Shown: positions 1 to 12,900 of the stretch, in pieces
How the letters are laid out: every line of letters begins with the position of its first letter
Position numbering within the stretch: position 1 is the first letter of the stretch
From: Sphaerodactylus townsendi
Taxonomy: Eukaryota
DNA: 64,000 bases
Direction: 5' to 3'
NCBI RefSeq assembly: GCF_021028975.2
Contig: NC_059437.1
Coordinates: forward strand, 22,630,001-22,694,000
The notes under the pieces: model-generated
Told to the model about the DNA's origin: nothing
Seen by the model: the letters and a program-made list of their open reading frames with translations, nothing else
Database searches by the model: none
Program-made: the position numbers and the translations under genes

Positions 1-430
1 ACCTTATCTTCATGGTCTAACTCTTAATTTATGGCATAATAGCACAATTCAATTTGTAATACAATTATCCACCTTTCCACCTTGCTGGGGTTAGAAGCGC
101 AGCAATCCGGAAATCAGGATTAAAAATTTTGGCTCTCCCAGAGAGTAAGTCTGATTTTTTTTCTTTTTCTTTGTTTTCTTTTTTTTTTTTAATTGTGTAT
201 ATTTATAGTATTTAAAAGATAAAATATGTTGATATTATACAATGGAGAAAGTTGGCATGTGGAGGGGGATACCTGTACAATGAATGCAATCCAGAGGAGG
301 TCAGGCATGCCCAAGTCTCATTTGAATCATCAGGCCTTTGCTTGGAGTCATGAGTCTGGACAGTTATTTGGATGTCAGTCCCATTGGCTCTTTCTGGACG
401 AGGCACAGCAGGGGCTGCCATTGAGCCAAG

Positions 431-650
431 GTGGGGTTACCAACCTTTGGGTGGTGGCTAGAGATCTCCTGGGATTATAACTGATCTCCAGGCAACAGAG
501 ATCAGTTCACCTGGAGGAAATGGCTGTTTTGGAAGTAGACTCTAAGATACTAAATCCCACTGAAGTCCATTTCCTTCCCCAAACCCTGCCCTCCTCAGAC
601 TCCATCCCCAAAATCTCCAGGTATTTCCCAACTCAAAGCTGTCAACCCTA
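431..650 (+). mobile_element. hAT-like MITE (TAGGGTTGCCA...TGGCAACCCTA termini family)
   Basis: Shares internal sequence (agatctcctgggattataactgatctccagg...aaatctccaggtatttcccaac) with copies at ~5491-5771, 7153-7376, 13926-14086, 46330-46530 and 52370-52715. Confidence 0.6.
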
Positions 651-2508
651 GGCGGAGGACATTCCTCCATGCATCTAGTAAAACAATGACACACCCAGCC
701 GCAGGGTGGGAAAAGGGCAAGGAAGAAGGAGATGTAATCCCCCAGGGATATTCTTGAGATCCCTGATTGTGGGTTAAGATTTTGTTCTCAAGGTGCCAAA
801 TCAATACACAGGCGGTATCAATTCAGAGTACAGGTGGGAAGCTCATGATTGAGTGCTTCGTTGTTGTTTTAAATCCTGCATATAGACATGTCAGTTCTCT
901 GTTCGCAAGTCAGATTTTGTATGGAGGACTGTTCAGTCACGTGAACGCTGAGTCTGAAGTGGAACAGCCCAGACACCGATTTGTCATCCCTGTGAGAATC
1001 AAGCCTAAGACTCACCTTTATGTTCATACCTTAAGAAATAAGGCAGCTCGGCACCTTCTAGTATTCCAGCCAATGAGTTGTGACCAAATGTACTGAGATG
1101 ATAAAGATTTGGACCCTTAGCCTGATCCCAGTGTTATCAAAGGATAATATGGCATTAAGGATCAGCTTGTGTTGCCACATTTTTATCATATCATAGCCCA
1201 TGTATGTGGCATTGATGATAAACACAATGGGTTGTATTCTAATATTCTGCTCAGTGAATGGTGGCCCCTTCTTGCAGCACGAAGAGCTTTCTTCTAGTGC
1301 AAGAGACTGAGCCCTCTTTCCTTGGAGTAAGGCTCCTTATGTAAGGGAAGATGCTTCTGTTAGCTGAGCAGAGAAGTGAGATAATATATAGTGCCATGAA
1401 AATGATGATTGACATGATCGTAAAAAGGGGGATCAGTGATAGGGGAAGGAGGGTTAATGGATGGTGTAAAGAAAGTGTGCTTTTGTGAGATTGTAATGTG
1501 AACTTAGCATGAGAGTAGCCATTTTGTATGATTTTAGAAAATAAATGTGGTGTCTGTATGCTTTGTTTCAGTAACTGTAGCTTGAAGAAGATTGTTTTAC
1601 AATTCTCCAAGGTCACAAAAGATCATTGAATGAGATAATTGGAAAGTGTGTTCCTGGTAGAGTTTGTAACTGTCTCCACCTACAAGCAGTTGAAATAATA
1701 CTGGCACTTAGATTAATTAGTAGAAATGATTTAATTGGATGTATAGTGTCACCTGACATATAGCTTTTTCTGTAATGCTTTAGAATATTCTAAGAGAGTC
1801 ATCTTTACTTATCTGCTTGTGCTGTTACATGTATTATTTTCCTCATTTTTGGACTTTGATCAGTGTTCCTAAGAATGCTATTTTTGCTTGTTTTTTGGAA
1901 CTAAGGCTGAGTAATCATGAATATTGCTGACAGGACTATTCTGGAACTTTCCCTTCTTATGCTGGCTACTGCTATATTCCAATTAAGTTTTTGTTCCATT
2001 TGTGAATGTCACTACCAGTGCCTTTGAACTGTAATTCTTCTTACAATAAATCAAAAATAATTTTTACTCAGTTTGTATGAACTGTTTTTTGGGGGGGGGG
2101 GGGCAGAAAGGACCCACACACTAATAGGTCCTGAGTGAGTAATCAGGGACTTTGACAGATGGGGTCAGTGTAGGTCAGAAATGTCCAACTGTGGCGCTTC
2201 CAGATGTTCGTGAACTACAATTCCCATCAGCCCCTGCTGGCTTGGCTAATATTATATTTCTGGATTGAAGTAAAAGTATTTCATCTTACTAATATCAGCA
2301 TAAAGCATCAGTCAATAGTAATTAATATTTAAATAGAAATTAACAAACCCCGTATAAATTCTTTAATAACATTTTGCAATTTATGTCTTATGGACCTACT
2401 TGCCTCAGTTAACTACAGGTCTACATCTTGTCAATTGCAACACTATCACACCCAACATGCCTGGGTCCAAAGGTATGGACATTCATAAATATCAGCCTTT
2501 CTCCTTAC

Positions 2509-2787
2509 TTTCATGTATTCTTCAATCTTCATCAGCCCTTTTGTCGTCGTGAATTCCTTGCATGTCAGCCACTTGATATTTTTCACTTCATATTTGGCCT
2601 CAGCAACTGAAGAAGGCTCAGCGAAGAATTTCTCCCGACTTGGAACAACGGTAGGACTTGCAATACCCGCCTTTTCCAGCTGTTCTTTTATAACAACCTG
2701 TTCAGCACTTTTGATCACATCATCAACGATTATATATGCAAGCGCTGAGATAGCGTCAAAGGGAATTTCTGTGTTTTTCCAGTCCAT
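2509..2787 (-). CDS. AKAP14: A-kinase anchoring protein 14 (AKAP28 family), 5' coding exon (93 codons); remaining exons not found, presumably left of the window
   Basis: MDWKN...ISALAYIIVDDVIKSAEQV (RII-binding amphipathic helix)...KNIKWLTCKEFTTTKGLMKIEEYMK matches recalled human AKAP14 [24 protein letters not shown]. Ends at phase-0 donor AAA|GTAAGG. Position and orientation relative to NDUFA1 as expected from synteny. Confidence 0.85.
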
Positions 2788-4544
2788 TGTTTTCAACCTT
2801 CCCAAAAGATGGGAAATGAATGTGTGGGATCCTGAGGTTGTTCAGCAGGGGGAAAGGTAAGCAATTTGTGATAGGCAAGGCTCTTGTGGACCCTGTAGTA
2901 ACAAATAATAAATAACAGGATTTTTCACCAGGAAAAGTTAAATAATTTGACCTGGTACGTGAGGTTGTGTCCAACCATTTTTTTTTCTCAGTTGCGAAAG
3001 GGAGGATGGAACTCTTTCTCCTTGAGAAACGGTCAAAGGCTCTAGACCCTGACAACTTGAAATTCTGCTCAACTATTTTTTTTTCAGATAGTCGCTACCT
3101 TTTTGTTGCATGTCCTTATCTCTTTTAATTTATTTAACTACTTGCTTTTATATTTCCGTGGAGACCCAAAGTTCAGTTTAAAAAAACAAGAAATGCATCT
3201 GCTCTCAGTGGGGTGCTGGAGCCATTGGCCCACTTCACTTGAAGAACTTGAGAGCAATAGCCTTTTGGCTTGCTTGTTTATAAAGTTAGTAAAGACCTTA
3301 TACAGGTGCTGTTAGCAAGGTATTCTCCACCTTTGGATGATGCCTTGTTAAAGTTGGTCAGGGTGTGAAGTCAGGTGGTCTTCAGACTTCAGTTCCTTCC
3401 CCTGGGTTTTTTTCAACCAGTTCATAATTCCAAACAGTGTCCAAGGGAAAGCCACTCACAGAGCACATGACAATTCTAAGCCAAGATCACTATTTTTATT
3501 TTAAAAAATTATGTGGCCTTTCCACCTTGGCAGCAGTCATGAAATGGCAGCAACCAAGTTTCTCTTTAAACTCTGTTGATTATGAAGAAGGGTAAAGTGA
3601 AAAGAGATAAGCTTCTTATGCACTTGTGTTGCTCTGTGGTAAGCGTATATTTCCTTTAGGGCTGATTTCTGGTTGTGTGCAGGTTTTACTTGTCATTTTC
3701 TCACTCCTTCCTGCCTACCCACCTTTCCCTGTCTGGATTGCCACACATTTCAGAGTGATCAAAGGGTGTTTGCTTTAACACCAGCATTCTAGTGATTCAA
3801 TCATGTATCTTGCAAATGAAGCAACTCTGAACAAAACAGACACTCGCAAACATGAAGGCAGCAGGCAGCAGAATCAAGGGAGCTGGTGGGGCGGGGTGGG
3901 AGTTGGGAGGGAGTTGAGGAAGGGACTTATTTGCAATTCTCAGCAGCTGGGTCTGCAAAGAGAAGGAGGAGGAGGAATTTGGATTTATATCCTGCCTTTC
4001 TCTCTTGTAAGAAGACTCAAGGCAGCTTACAATCTCCTTTCCCTACCTCGTGAGGTAGGTGGGGCTGAGAGAGTTCAGAGAGAAATGTGACTAGCCCAAG
4101 GTCACCCAGCAGGAATGTAGGCATGGGGAAACAAACCAATTCACCAGATAAGAGTCCACCTGCTCTTAACCACTATATCAGTGGCTCTCAAATCAAGGCA
4201 ACTGTGGACAGCCAAAATGGTGGATTGACTCTGTTCTGCTGGACACTTTACACAGAAAATCATGGGGAAATCCTAGTCTGAAGCATGGGGTAAGTGGGTG
4301 ATGAATAATGGGTCAGTGAAATTGAAGGGCAGCTGCAAAGTCAGGCAGATCTAATGTGAATATTAGTGAAAATCTGCATACAATTAGATTAAATATTCTT
4401 GGACAGAATGTAAAACTCCGAATAAAATGAAGGAAGAAAGGCAGAACAACAGAGGAAGTTAGAGAGCTGCAAAGAGTTTGTTGATACAGCTTGTAATCCA
4501 TCTTGGAAAGACTAGAATGGTATCTGCCTTGGCGGTTGACTTGG

Positions 4545-4557
4545 GTTGCCAGGCAAC
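4545..4557. promoter_or_regulatory. RFX X-box upstream of AKAP14
   Basis: GTTGCCAGGCAAC fits the X-box consensus GTTRCC(N0-3)RGYAAC, ~1.8 kb upstream of a ciliary gene. Confidence 0.4.
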
Positions 4558-5365
4558 CAGCAGGAGACTGTGGATGGAGTAGGAATACCAAGAGGTGGTT
4601 GTCAGCCACAGTGCAATGGTGTGCAGTGGCAGTGCAGTGGCACTACTAGCCACACCTCATTAGGAATCAACTAAAACTATATAGTAAAACCATGGAGTTT
4701 TCAGCAGTTCATAGAAAGGATTGTCATTTCTTCCAGGTGTTCCTGGAAGTGATGTCATCATACCTGTGCTGTCACTGTGGGGGTTTCCCCCTATTTTCCC
4801 CCCTGTCACAGCTTGGAGTGGCAGAGGACAATGGGAGCTCGGGGTACAGCATCCCCCTCCTGAAACAAAGACAATGGTATCCCGATCCAGAGTGCAGATG
4901 GCAAGTCTAGGACATAACCATGTTGGTGTTTACCAACCCAAAAGCAGACAAAACATATAAAAATAATACAGTATTTAAGTCACAGTATTAATTGCACAGG
5001 AGATGAACAATATATGTGAAAACAACCAAGAGAAAGTTGTTGATGCGTACCTATAAATAAGCTCAAGCTTAAGAGGCGTTCTGTAGGTGAATCAAAAAGG
5101 AGACATAACTTTTGTAAAGTTGACCGAGTTAATCCTATTTGCAGATACGGAAGCTGTAGCATTTTCAAAAAGTAGCTGTTCAACACCATAACCCTAAGCT
5201 TGCTGCTGAGTGAACGCTCAACATGGAACTGCAGCCAATTCTGGTCCCAGACATCATGTCATGCTGCTTTGACACATATTTTGGAGCACAGACATTTAAA
5301 CCTCATAGCAAACTTAAAAACAACATACAGTATGTAAAAATACATTATTAGCATGAACTAATTTA

Positions 5366-5463
5366 GGCGGATTCCGCATGGGCCAAAAACAGCGGTGTGA
5401 AAATGGTGGAAGCCCTTTTACACCTTTCTCACACCACTGGTTTTGGCCCATGAGGAATCCGCT
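5366..5463. mobile_element. PIF/Harbinger-like palindromic MITE
   Basis: TIR ggcggattccgcatgggccaaaa / ttttggcccatgaggaatccgct, flanked by TTA/TTA; same family as 61162-61301. Confidence 0.65.
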
Positions 5464-5490
5464 TTACTCTTTTGGTTTCTTCTTTTATAT

Positions 5491-5771
5491 TTAGGGTTTC
5501 CAACCCCCAAGGTGGTGGCGGGAGATCTCCCGGAATTACAACTAGTCTTCTAATTACAGAGATTGGTTCTCCTGGACAAAAGGCTGCTTTGCAGGTGGTC
5601 TGTATGACATTATAGCCTGCCGAAGTCCCTCCCTTCCCCAGACCCTAGCCTCCCCTGGTTGCCTACGGCCATACCACCCTGAACGCGCCCGATCTCGTCT
5701 GATCTTGGAAGCTTCCTCTGGTTCTACTTCCAAATCTCCAGGTATTTCTCAATCCAGAGCCATCAACCCTT
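5491..5771 (+). mobile_element. hAT-like MITE interrupted by a 5S rRNA fragment
   Basis: Termini ttagggtttccaac ... catcaaccctt; internal sequence matches other copies of the family. Confidence 0.65.
5661..5713 (+). pseudogene. 5S rRNA retropseudogene, 3'-truncated (nt 1-53)
   Basis: GCCTACGGCCATACCACCCTGAACGCGCCCGATCTCGTCTGATCTTGGAAGCT is the vertebrate 5S 5' half with one CpG transition. Flanked by tcccctggtt (5651-5660) and tcctctggtt (5714-5723). Confidence 0.92.
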
Positions 5772-7385
5772 ACACTCCAGCACAAATGCTCATGAGGAAA
5801 CATACAGCCTCTGACACAGGAAGGTGGGTATATTAGGTATAATGATCAAGCCTGCTTCACTGGGCATCAGATTGATCACAGCACTTCTTCCCCCCAAAAG
5901 TAGCTTGAGGATGTTTAATTACCTGCACCTGCCAGCTTCTTTCCTCTTGTGATGCGATCTGCTTTATTTCCCCCAGAGAAGCTATTTCTCAGGGCTCATT
6001 ATGGAGTGGATTGGCAGGTTTCCCAACTTCTTCGGTGTTTGGTGACAATCGTCACCCAGGCAACCCCAGTTCAGCCAACAGAATGACAGCATTGATGTGC
6101 AGGCATTCCATTTCCATCCGGCTTACAAGAAATGTGCCGCTGAAGAACAGCTTGTTATGTGCATCAAACTGGGCAATGAGAAATCTGAAGGCAATCACTG
6201 CCAACTTATGTTTAAGTTGGGAATGGTGCAGAGGGATCTTTACCCTCCATGCATTGCTAAATGCTGGCTGGGCAGCGTTGGAAACAAACGTGAGCAACAT
6301 GTATTTTGGCCTGAAGCCAACTGAGCAATTATGTATGAAAAAAATTCAAAAGCAACAGTAATGTACCAGTAATAAACCTCAGAGAGGTATGTTAGTTTGG
6401 TGTGGTTGAAATCACCAAGTCGTGATATTGGTCAAGCCAAAGCAAGTTTTGGCCCACAAATGCTTATGCCACAATAAATGTGTTAGTCTTTGAGATGTAA
6501 CAAAGATTATTTGCTGTTTCAGAAGTATTACTTTTATTAGGACCAGCTGTAAAACTTTCTCAGTAATTTGTAACGATTTCAGTGAGCCCCTTGAGAGGTC
6601 GGAGAAATCACGTGTGCAACGTGTCCTATTTAAACTTCTAACACATGCAAAGGAGCTAATTACAATACTATTACTATACCATACAATACATCCATGCGTC
6701 AGTGGCTCCGCTCTTTGCAAACTACACGCTGTATATGAAGCTTCTCTGCTCAGGTAGCAGCCCCAAGGTAAGCAAGACACTGTGGGACTGAAAAGCAAAC
6801 TTTTGCTTCTCCAGCTTCATGTTTAAATCAGACCTGAATGGATCCTGATAAATGTTATGCCAGGCTTATGCATAAGATCATCTGAAAACTTTTTAATTCC
6901 CCCTAGGTGTTTCCCCAGCTACTTTCCTGTAGGGAAAAAAGACAAGTACAGTTTAATGCCTGTCTTATTCTCTAGAAGGGCGAACATTTGCCTGAGATGC
7001 ATTTTTGACTGGGGAAACTGCGAAGTAGACAGAGTAAAATTCACCAGGCCCTGCATCATAACTATATCTCCCCCACCTACTTTCTAGGAGCACCCCCAAG
7101 CTGTGATAGCCTGCCATGGGAATCCAATGCCACATGAGCCTCTGGGTTTAATCTAGGGTTGCCACCCTCCAGGTGTGGCCTGGAGGGTCTCCCAGAATTA
7201 CAACTAATCTTCAGATTATGTAAATAAATGAATTCCCCTGGAGAAAATAGAAGAAGAATTCTATGACATCAACAACACACACCCTAAGCTCACTTCCTCT
7301 CCAGACTCCATCGTTCCCAGGCACTCTCTCCAAATACCCAGGAGTTTCCCAGCCAGAGTTGGCATTGGCAACCCTAAAATCATCG

Positions 7386-7915
7386 TGTAACCCCTGTGTT
7401 GAGAATGGAATGTCCCAGAAAGGGATGGAGACTGAAAGAAGGAAAAGGCTGCAGAACTCGTAAAGTTGAAGGAAGCATGGCTACCCAGCTGGGACCTTGA
7501 TAGATTAGGGTTCTTAACACCTTGTTTAAGGTAACTGCAATGTCGTTGGGACCTAGTGGGAAGGGAGATGGTTATTTCTTATGTTGTAAATGTTAGAATG
7601 TATTGTTTCAGGGGGTTTTGTGTGTAATTGTTGAGAGTTCTTTTGAGGACCTTCATCATGTCAAATCCACTACACCAAGCCTCTGGAGTCTTCATGAGCC
7701 ACCCATTTGCAGGAAGAAATGGACTTGGCATTATCAGATTGTAATTAGAGGGATGTGAAATGAAACTTAAACAGGACCTTGAATTGTTATGTTAAATGTT
7801 AATACTTGATTAGTGTTGTATGTTAAGGAAAAGTAAAACAATTTTGTTTAAAAATTTAGTTGTTGCAAAACTCCTTCCAAGTTCTGCCCCACTGAACCAA
7901 TAAGCTGAGGTTACA
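7386..7915 (+). mobile_element. Probable solo LTR
   Basis: Begins TGTAACC and ends GGTTACA (TG...CA, 7-bp inverted termini), ~530 bp, AGTAAA signal near the 3' end; TSD not clean. Confidence 0.5.
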
Positions 7916-9953
7916 ATTACACTTGGTTTTCTTAGTTAGATGAGGGAATCCTGTAGACACATAGGGGATAGGCTCCGTGGCAGGTAGGCATTTGTTGTTC
8001 TTATTCTAAAAGTATTCCTGTAAGAGTTAATTCTGCCTCCGATTGTAACTTTTTAAAAAAGTATACTTTTTCTCAGCCCACGAGGGGAAGGGCAAGGTAT
8101 AAAACTAATAAATTGTGAACGAAACGTCGTGAAATTTTGACCACAACCATCTTGTTGCTGCTTTTCATGGTTTTTAATGGGACATTTGCAAAAACATCCT
8201 GTCTTTTCATTTCTTCATCTTGTGACAGGAAATCTGAGTTTCAGCTTTAATTGATTTCCAAGCTCAAACTCCTTTCCTTTGGAGTGAGTGAGGGGGTGCT
8301 TGATTGCCCATAACAAATTATTGGGGGGCTTTGGAAAGAGTCTGTGATCTCACTCCCTGCAGAAGACTGACTTTGACAGGAAGTTTGATGAGTTTGTCAT
8401 GGGTTAGCATGTCCAGCCCTATCATCTTTTACAATTTGCATTTTTATTAAATCCTATGACATCCCAAAATTCTTGAAGGCAGTTCCTGGCGGGAGGTGCA
8501 CACACCTGCTTTTTCTTTTCCTTCTAATCAATATCAGCTAAGATACCGGTAAGAACAATTCCCCATTTGTTCTTCTGGAACTACAAAGCAAACACAAGTG
8601 ACCTTGAAGTTTGCCAGAGCAGCTAATGGATATAGGGACTTTGAAGGGAAGGTTTAATCTTGTCAAGGTAATACCCAGGAATTACAGGAATGTGTGATGC
8701 TTGTAGGTTACCCGTGCCTGCAAACCATGGATCTCTTTGGTTCAACATCCACATATGTCTCATACTAATAATACCTCTTTGACTTGAAAGCAACTTGAAG
8801 CAGGAACATGGAAAAGGGATTTTAAAACAACTTCAGTGTACCTTGGAGCAATATACTAAAACATAATGAAGAGCTGGTGGAGCAGAGAGACTGGAATTCT
8901 CAGCTTGCAGCCAAGAAGTCCCAGGTTCAACATCACTTCAGTAATGAACTTATCTACCTTGCATGGCTAGCACAAAAATCATGTAACATGAACTTTTTAA
9001 TAACTGCACCAAAGCTTATAATGCCTTCCCAGAGGAGATCTGATAGTCAGGTTTATAAAATTGCTTAAAACTGTATTGTTGTATTGTTGTAAAACTGTAT
9101 TATTGTTTCCTTTAGCTAAATTGCTTTTGCCAGTCATTTTGATGTTTTTAGTTCTGATTGATCTTATAACGCCATTTTAAAAAACGTTTAGTGTTTGCAA
9201 ACTGCAGTGTGATCCTATTAGGTAAAAAAAATGGGCATAAAATATCTGAAATAAAAAAATCAGGATGATGCATGTGAACATTTAGTGCTATCTAAACGTT
9301 CAATAGAATGCTTACTTATAAAAGTCTATACAATAATTGTACAGTTAGTTGATTTGAACCAAGTCTTTTTGTATCCCCCCTCAACTGATATGTAAATATT
9401 GGAATTCCCAGATATTCTCAAGATGCATTAGCAGATTTTGCATGTATAAACACTGCAGTAATGAGAACTAACATTTAAACAACAACAACGATATGTAAGT
9501 AGAGAGCCACTTCCATAAAGGCATGTAAATTATACATTATGAGCAAATATGGCACATATCCTTATGTCACCATATTCTGACTCCAGAAAGCACATACGGG
9601 TACATGGCATGAAGCAGGCATATTCAATGGTCCTGCTTTTTCTGACACAGAACTCCTTTTCAGTGGAGTAGATTGGTTTCCTTTCAAGAGAGCAAAGCAC
9701 CGTGCAATCTTTAACCGTGCAAATTCCTAAATCTGTCTCATTTTTCAGCGAGAAGAAACCTAGCTCCCAGTAAAAAGAAGGGGCATGTGAGCAAGAGGTT
9801 TTTGCATCTGAAATGGGCAGAAAATGAAATTGTTATGGGTCAATGACTCAGCAGGGCCCTCCCTTTCATTTTAAATACTTTTTTCCCAAGCCTCAGAGAG
9901 TTCACGATTGAGACCAAAGAGAGCAGGCGTACCAACTCCTTTTCTCCTTGGCT

Positions 9954-12900
9954 ATGGCTCAGTGGATCTTCTCCCTTCTCTTTGGCACAACAGTTCTCTG
10001 GACCATGCTCATTCCACACAGTTCCTTTCCGACAGGGGCTCCTGCCTCCGCCTGTGAGAATATGTTACCTGGGCACACTGGGATCCAGCCCCAACAAACT
10101 CTGGCTCCCTTTGAATTTCTGGTGAGCTCACCATCTTTCCTAAACGGGCAACCGATTAACAGTAAGTGCCTCTTTTTTGTTTGCTTATGTTAAAACTTTT
10201 CACTTTAAATAATATTATGGCAATCAAGGAGGAAGTTGACTTTTCTATTCAGTTTTTGTTACACTAACAGTTAAAGATGTTTCCTTAAAGTACACTAAGT
10301 AGGGTTGCCGGGTTGGGAAATACCTGGAGATTTTGAAGGTGGAGCCTGAGGAGAGTGGGGTTAAAGGACTTATATCCTGGCCTTCCATCCTCCCCCCCAC
10401 CTCCCACCACAGATCTTCAGGATAAGTTACAGCCATTTTAAAACCACGAAACACAGTTTTACAGCCAAAAGACAGGCTGTAATGTCTCTCTTATCAGAAT
10501 AATTAAAACCAACAATTTTTAAAAAGAGACCAATCCAATATAAAACTAAAGCTAGCAAGAACCCTTGTAAAAAGGGTGAGTTTTAATGTATGGTGAGATG
10601 CCAGTGGGGATAGTGTGAAGTGGACTTCGCTTAGGAAGGAATTCCAGAGCAATGGAGAAATTGCAGAGAAGCCTTGCCCTCCTGCAGCATATGTCAGGTG
10701 GTGGGACATGTTACCCAAAGTGGAGACAGAGTGTCCCTTTTAGAGTTGGGGAATTAGTGAGAGCAGATATTTTGCTTAGCAAGGGGTTGGGCAAGCTCAG
10801 AATCTTGGTTTCCAACTTTTACAGAGAGTTGCTTAAGGAAGAAATCCGCAAGAGAATGAAATAAAGTTTAATAAGTTTATTAAAGAAAAAATAATAAATA
10901 TATAAGCACACAATAATCAAAGCAGCAGAGAGCATACACACAGTCCTAGGATGTCTATAGAGTTGAGGATATATGTTTGGAAAAGCAGAAGAATTTGTTG
11001 GGGAAGGGTTATATGACCTGTTCCTGAAGAAGGAGTCCAGAAAAGCAGTGTCTGCGCTGAGCTTTCAGAAGGTTGGGGAGAAAGCAGATGGCACACAGTG
11101 CAACTGACAGAAGTACTGGGCACTGGGTGAGGGGATAATTTATAGGGAAGATTGGATCCTCTAGCCATGGTAAGAGAGCTTAATCTTCATGGACCAAGGA
11201 AGGTCCTTGTTTTTCTGGGGAAGACAAAGAGGAACATTACACTTAAGGGTTGGCTAATCTAATAGGTTGAGCACTTGATTTAAGTGGCTAAGCTGGGGAG
11301 TGCTTGAAAGGGGGAAGGTAGCTGCTTACATTACAGCTGCAAAACAGTGTCAGTGCAAAAAAGGCTGGCTTTGGAGAGACGTTAATCAGAGGAGGAAATT
11401 AAGATTAGTGTTGAGCTGGCAGGAACAGAGTAAGCACATTAGCATGTTCTTTGTCGTAGTGAAAATTACATAGACCAGGACTGGAGGTGGGAACAGCTTC
11501 TACGGCAGAAAGTATTGTTTACCTTAATCCATTTAGGAAGGGTGTGGGGCAGGCATTTTGCACAGAGAATATGGGTGAAGGCAAGTCCAGTGAGGATTTT
11601 CTGTCCTTTTGAGTACACTAGCAAATGCAGAGAATGGGCTCCCTATCTTGGCATTACACTGCTGATTCACCATTGAAGATTGAGGTTTCCAATCCACCTC
11701 ATCTTTGCAAGGAAGATTTGACATTCTAGAATGTGATCCTCTGCCTTTGAAGTCATGTGATCCATTTCACTACCCGGAGTCTCTGTTACCGCATTGCTCC
11801 CTAGGTTTGCCAGATCCCACTGACCATGGAGGAATGTGGGGGTGTATGGTTGCCAGATCCCAATTGGGACGTTCTTGGAGATTTGGGGATGGAACCTGGG
11901 GAGAACAGGAACCTCAGTTGGGTAGGGCGGTTTATGAGCCCTCTGGGGGTAGGGCGGTTTATCAAATTGAGTTAACAACAACAACAACAACAATAATAAT
12001 AATAATAAATGCCAATAGATTCTCCCCTCCAAAGCAATCCAGGAGAACTGATCTCTGTAGTCTAGAGATGAGCTGTAATTCAAGGGGATCCAACCCCCTG
12101 TTCTCTTTCCAGTTCAGATCGTCGGGCCTGCATACAGAGGGTTGCTATTAGAGGCTCGCTCATTTCGCTCCACCACTGCACTGGGCTTTTGGAAGAGTCC
12201 ACCCAACAACACCAAATACTTGCAGGTAAGAGAGACAAAGTCATTCTTCATCTCCAGCCAGAGGTCCTAGAGTTCAACCAGAAAGCTTGCAGATTGAGCT
12301 GTATAGTTCTACAGTAATGGATTGGGTTTGGTATTAACTTGTCCTGCCACCCCTGCTTTCCTTTTAAAATATTATTCTGTTGTCTGATTCCTAAATAACA
12401 CTCTCAGTGTCCCCCTTCACAACTTCTGACTAGGTGCATACCTGCTTAGTTCCAGTAAATTGGTAGTATTAGGTGTTCTGCAGCTATTGGCTGGGTCCCA
12501 ACAGTGGGATTTACTTAAATTTCTTACTAGTACTTTTTTAGGGTGCTTGAAACATAAGTAGATGGAAAGTATACCATTCCAGTCCTTTACTTACTGGTTC
12601 TCTATACTGGCCTCTACTAGATTACTTCAACTTATTGGATCCCTTGATGCTGTACAGATGAGCTTGGATTCCAATGGCAACATGTATCCAAACAGCTGTA
12701 CTAAAACTGTTTCATGAACCATACATAACATTAATAACCTAGGTGGAAACATAATGCTATTACATTCCAATGAAAAAAATTTGTGACACACACGGACATT
12801 TGATTGCGGAATGGCTATGTCATGTACAGAATGGCCTTTGACATGGGAAAAAGTTGTAGAGCCATAATGATCTGTGCAAAATTCAAAAACAAAAACCATG

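Noticed and set aside
2952-3094. Possible upstream in-frame AKAP14 exon (phase-2 AG|GTCAAA joining an acceptor at 2798)
   Set aside because: Weak donor, and no ATG before the in-frame TAG at 3095-3097; at most 5'UTR.
10709-11236. Possible minus-strand solo LTR in Reeler gene intron 1
   Set aside because: TG...CA ends and AATAAA are present, but no TSD and the boundaries are uncertain.
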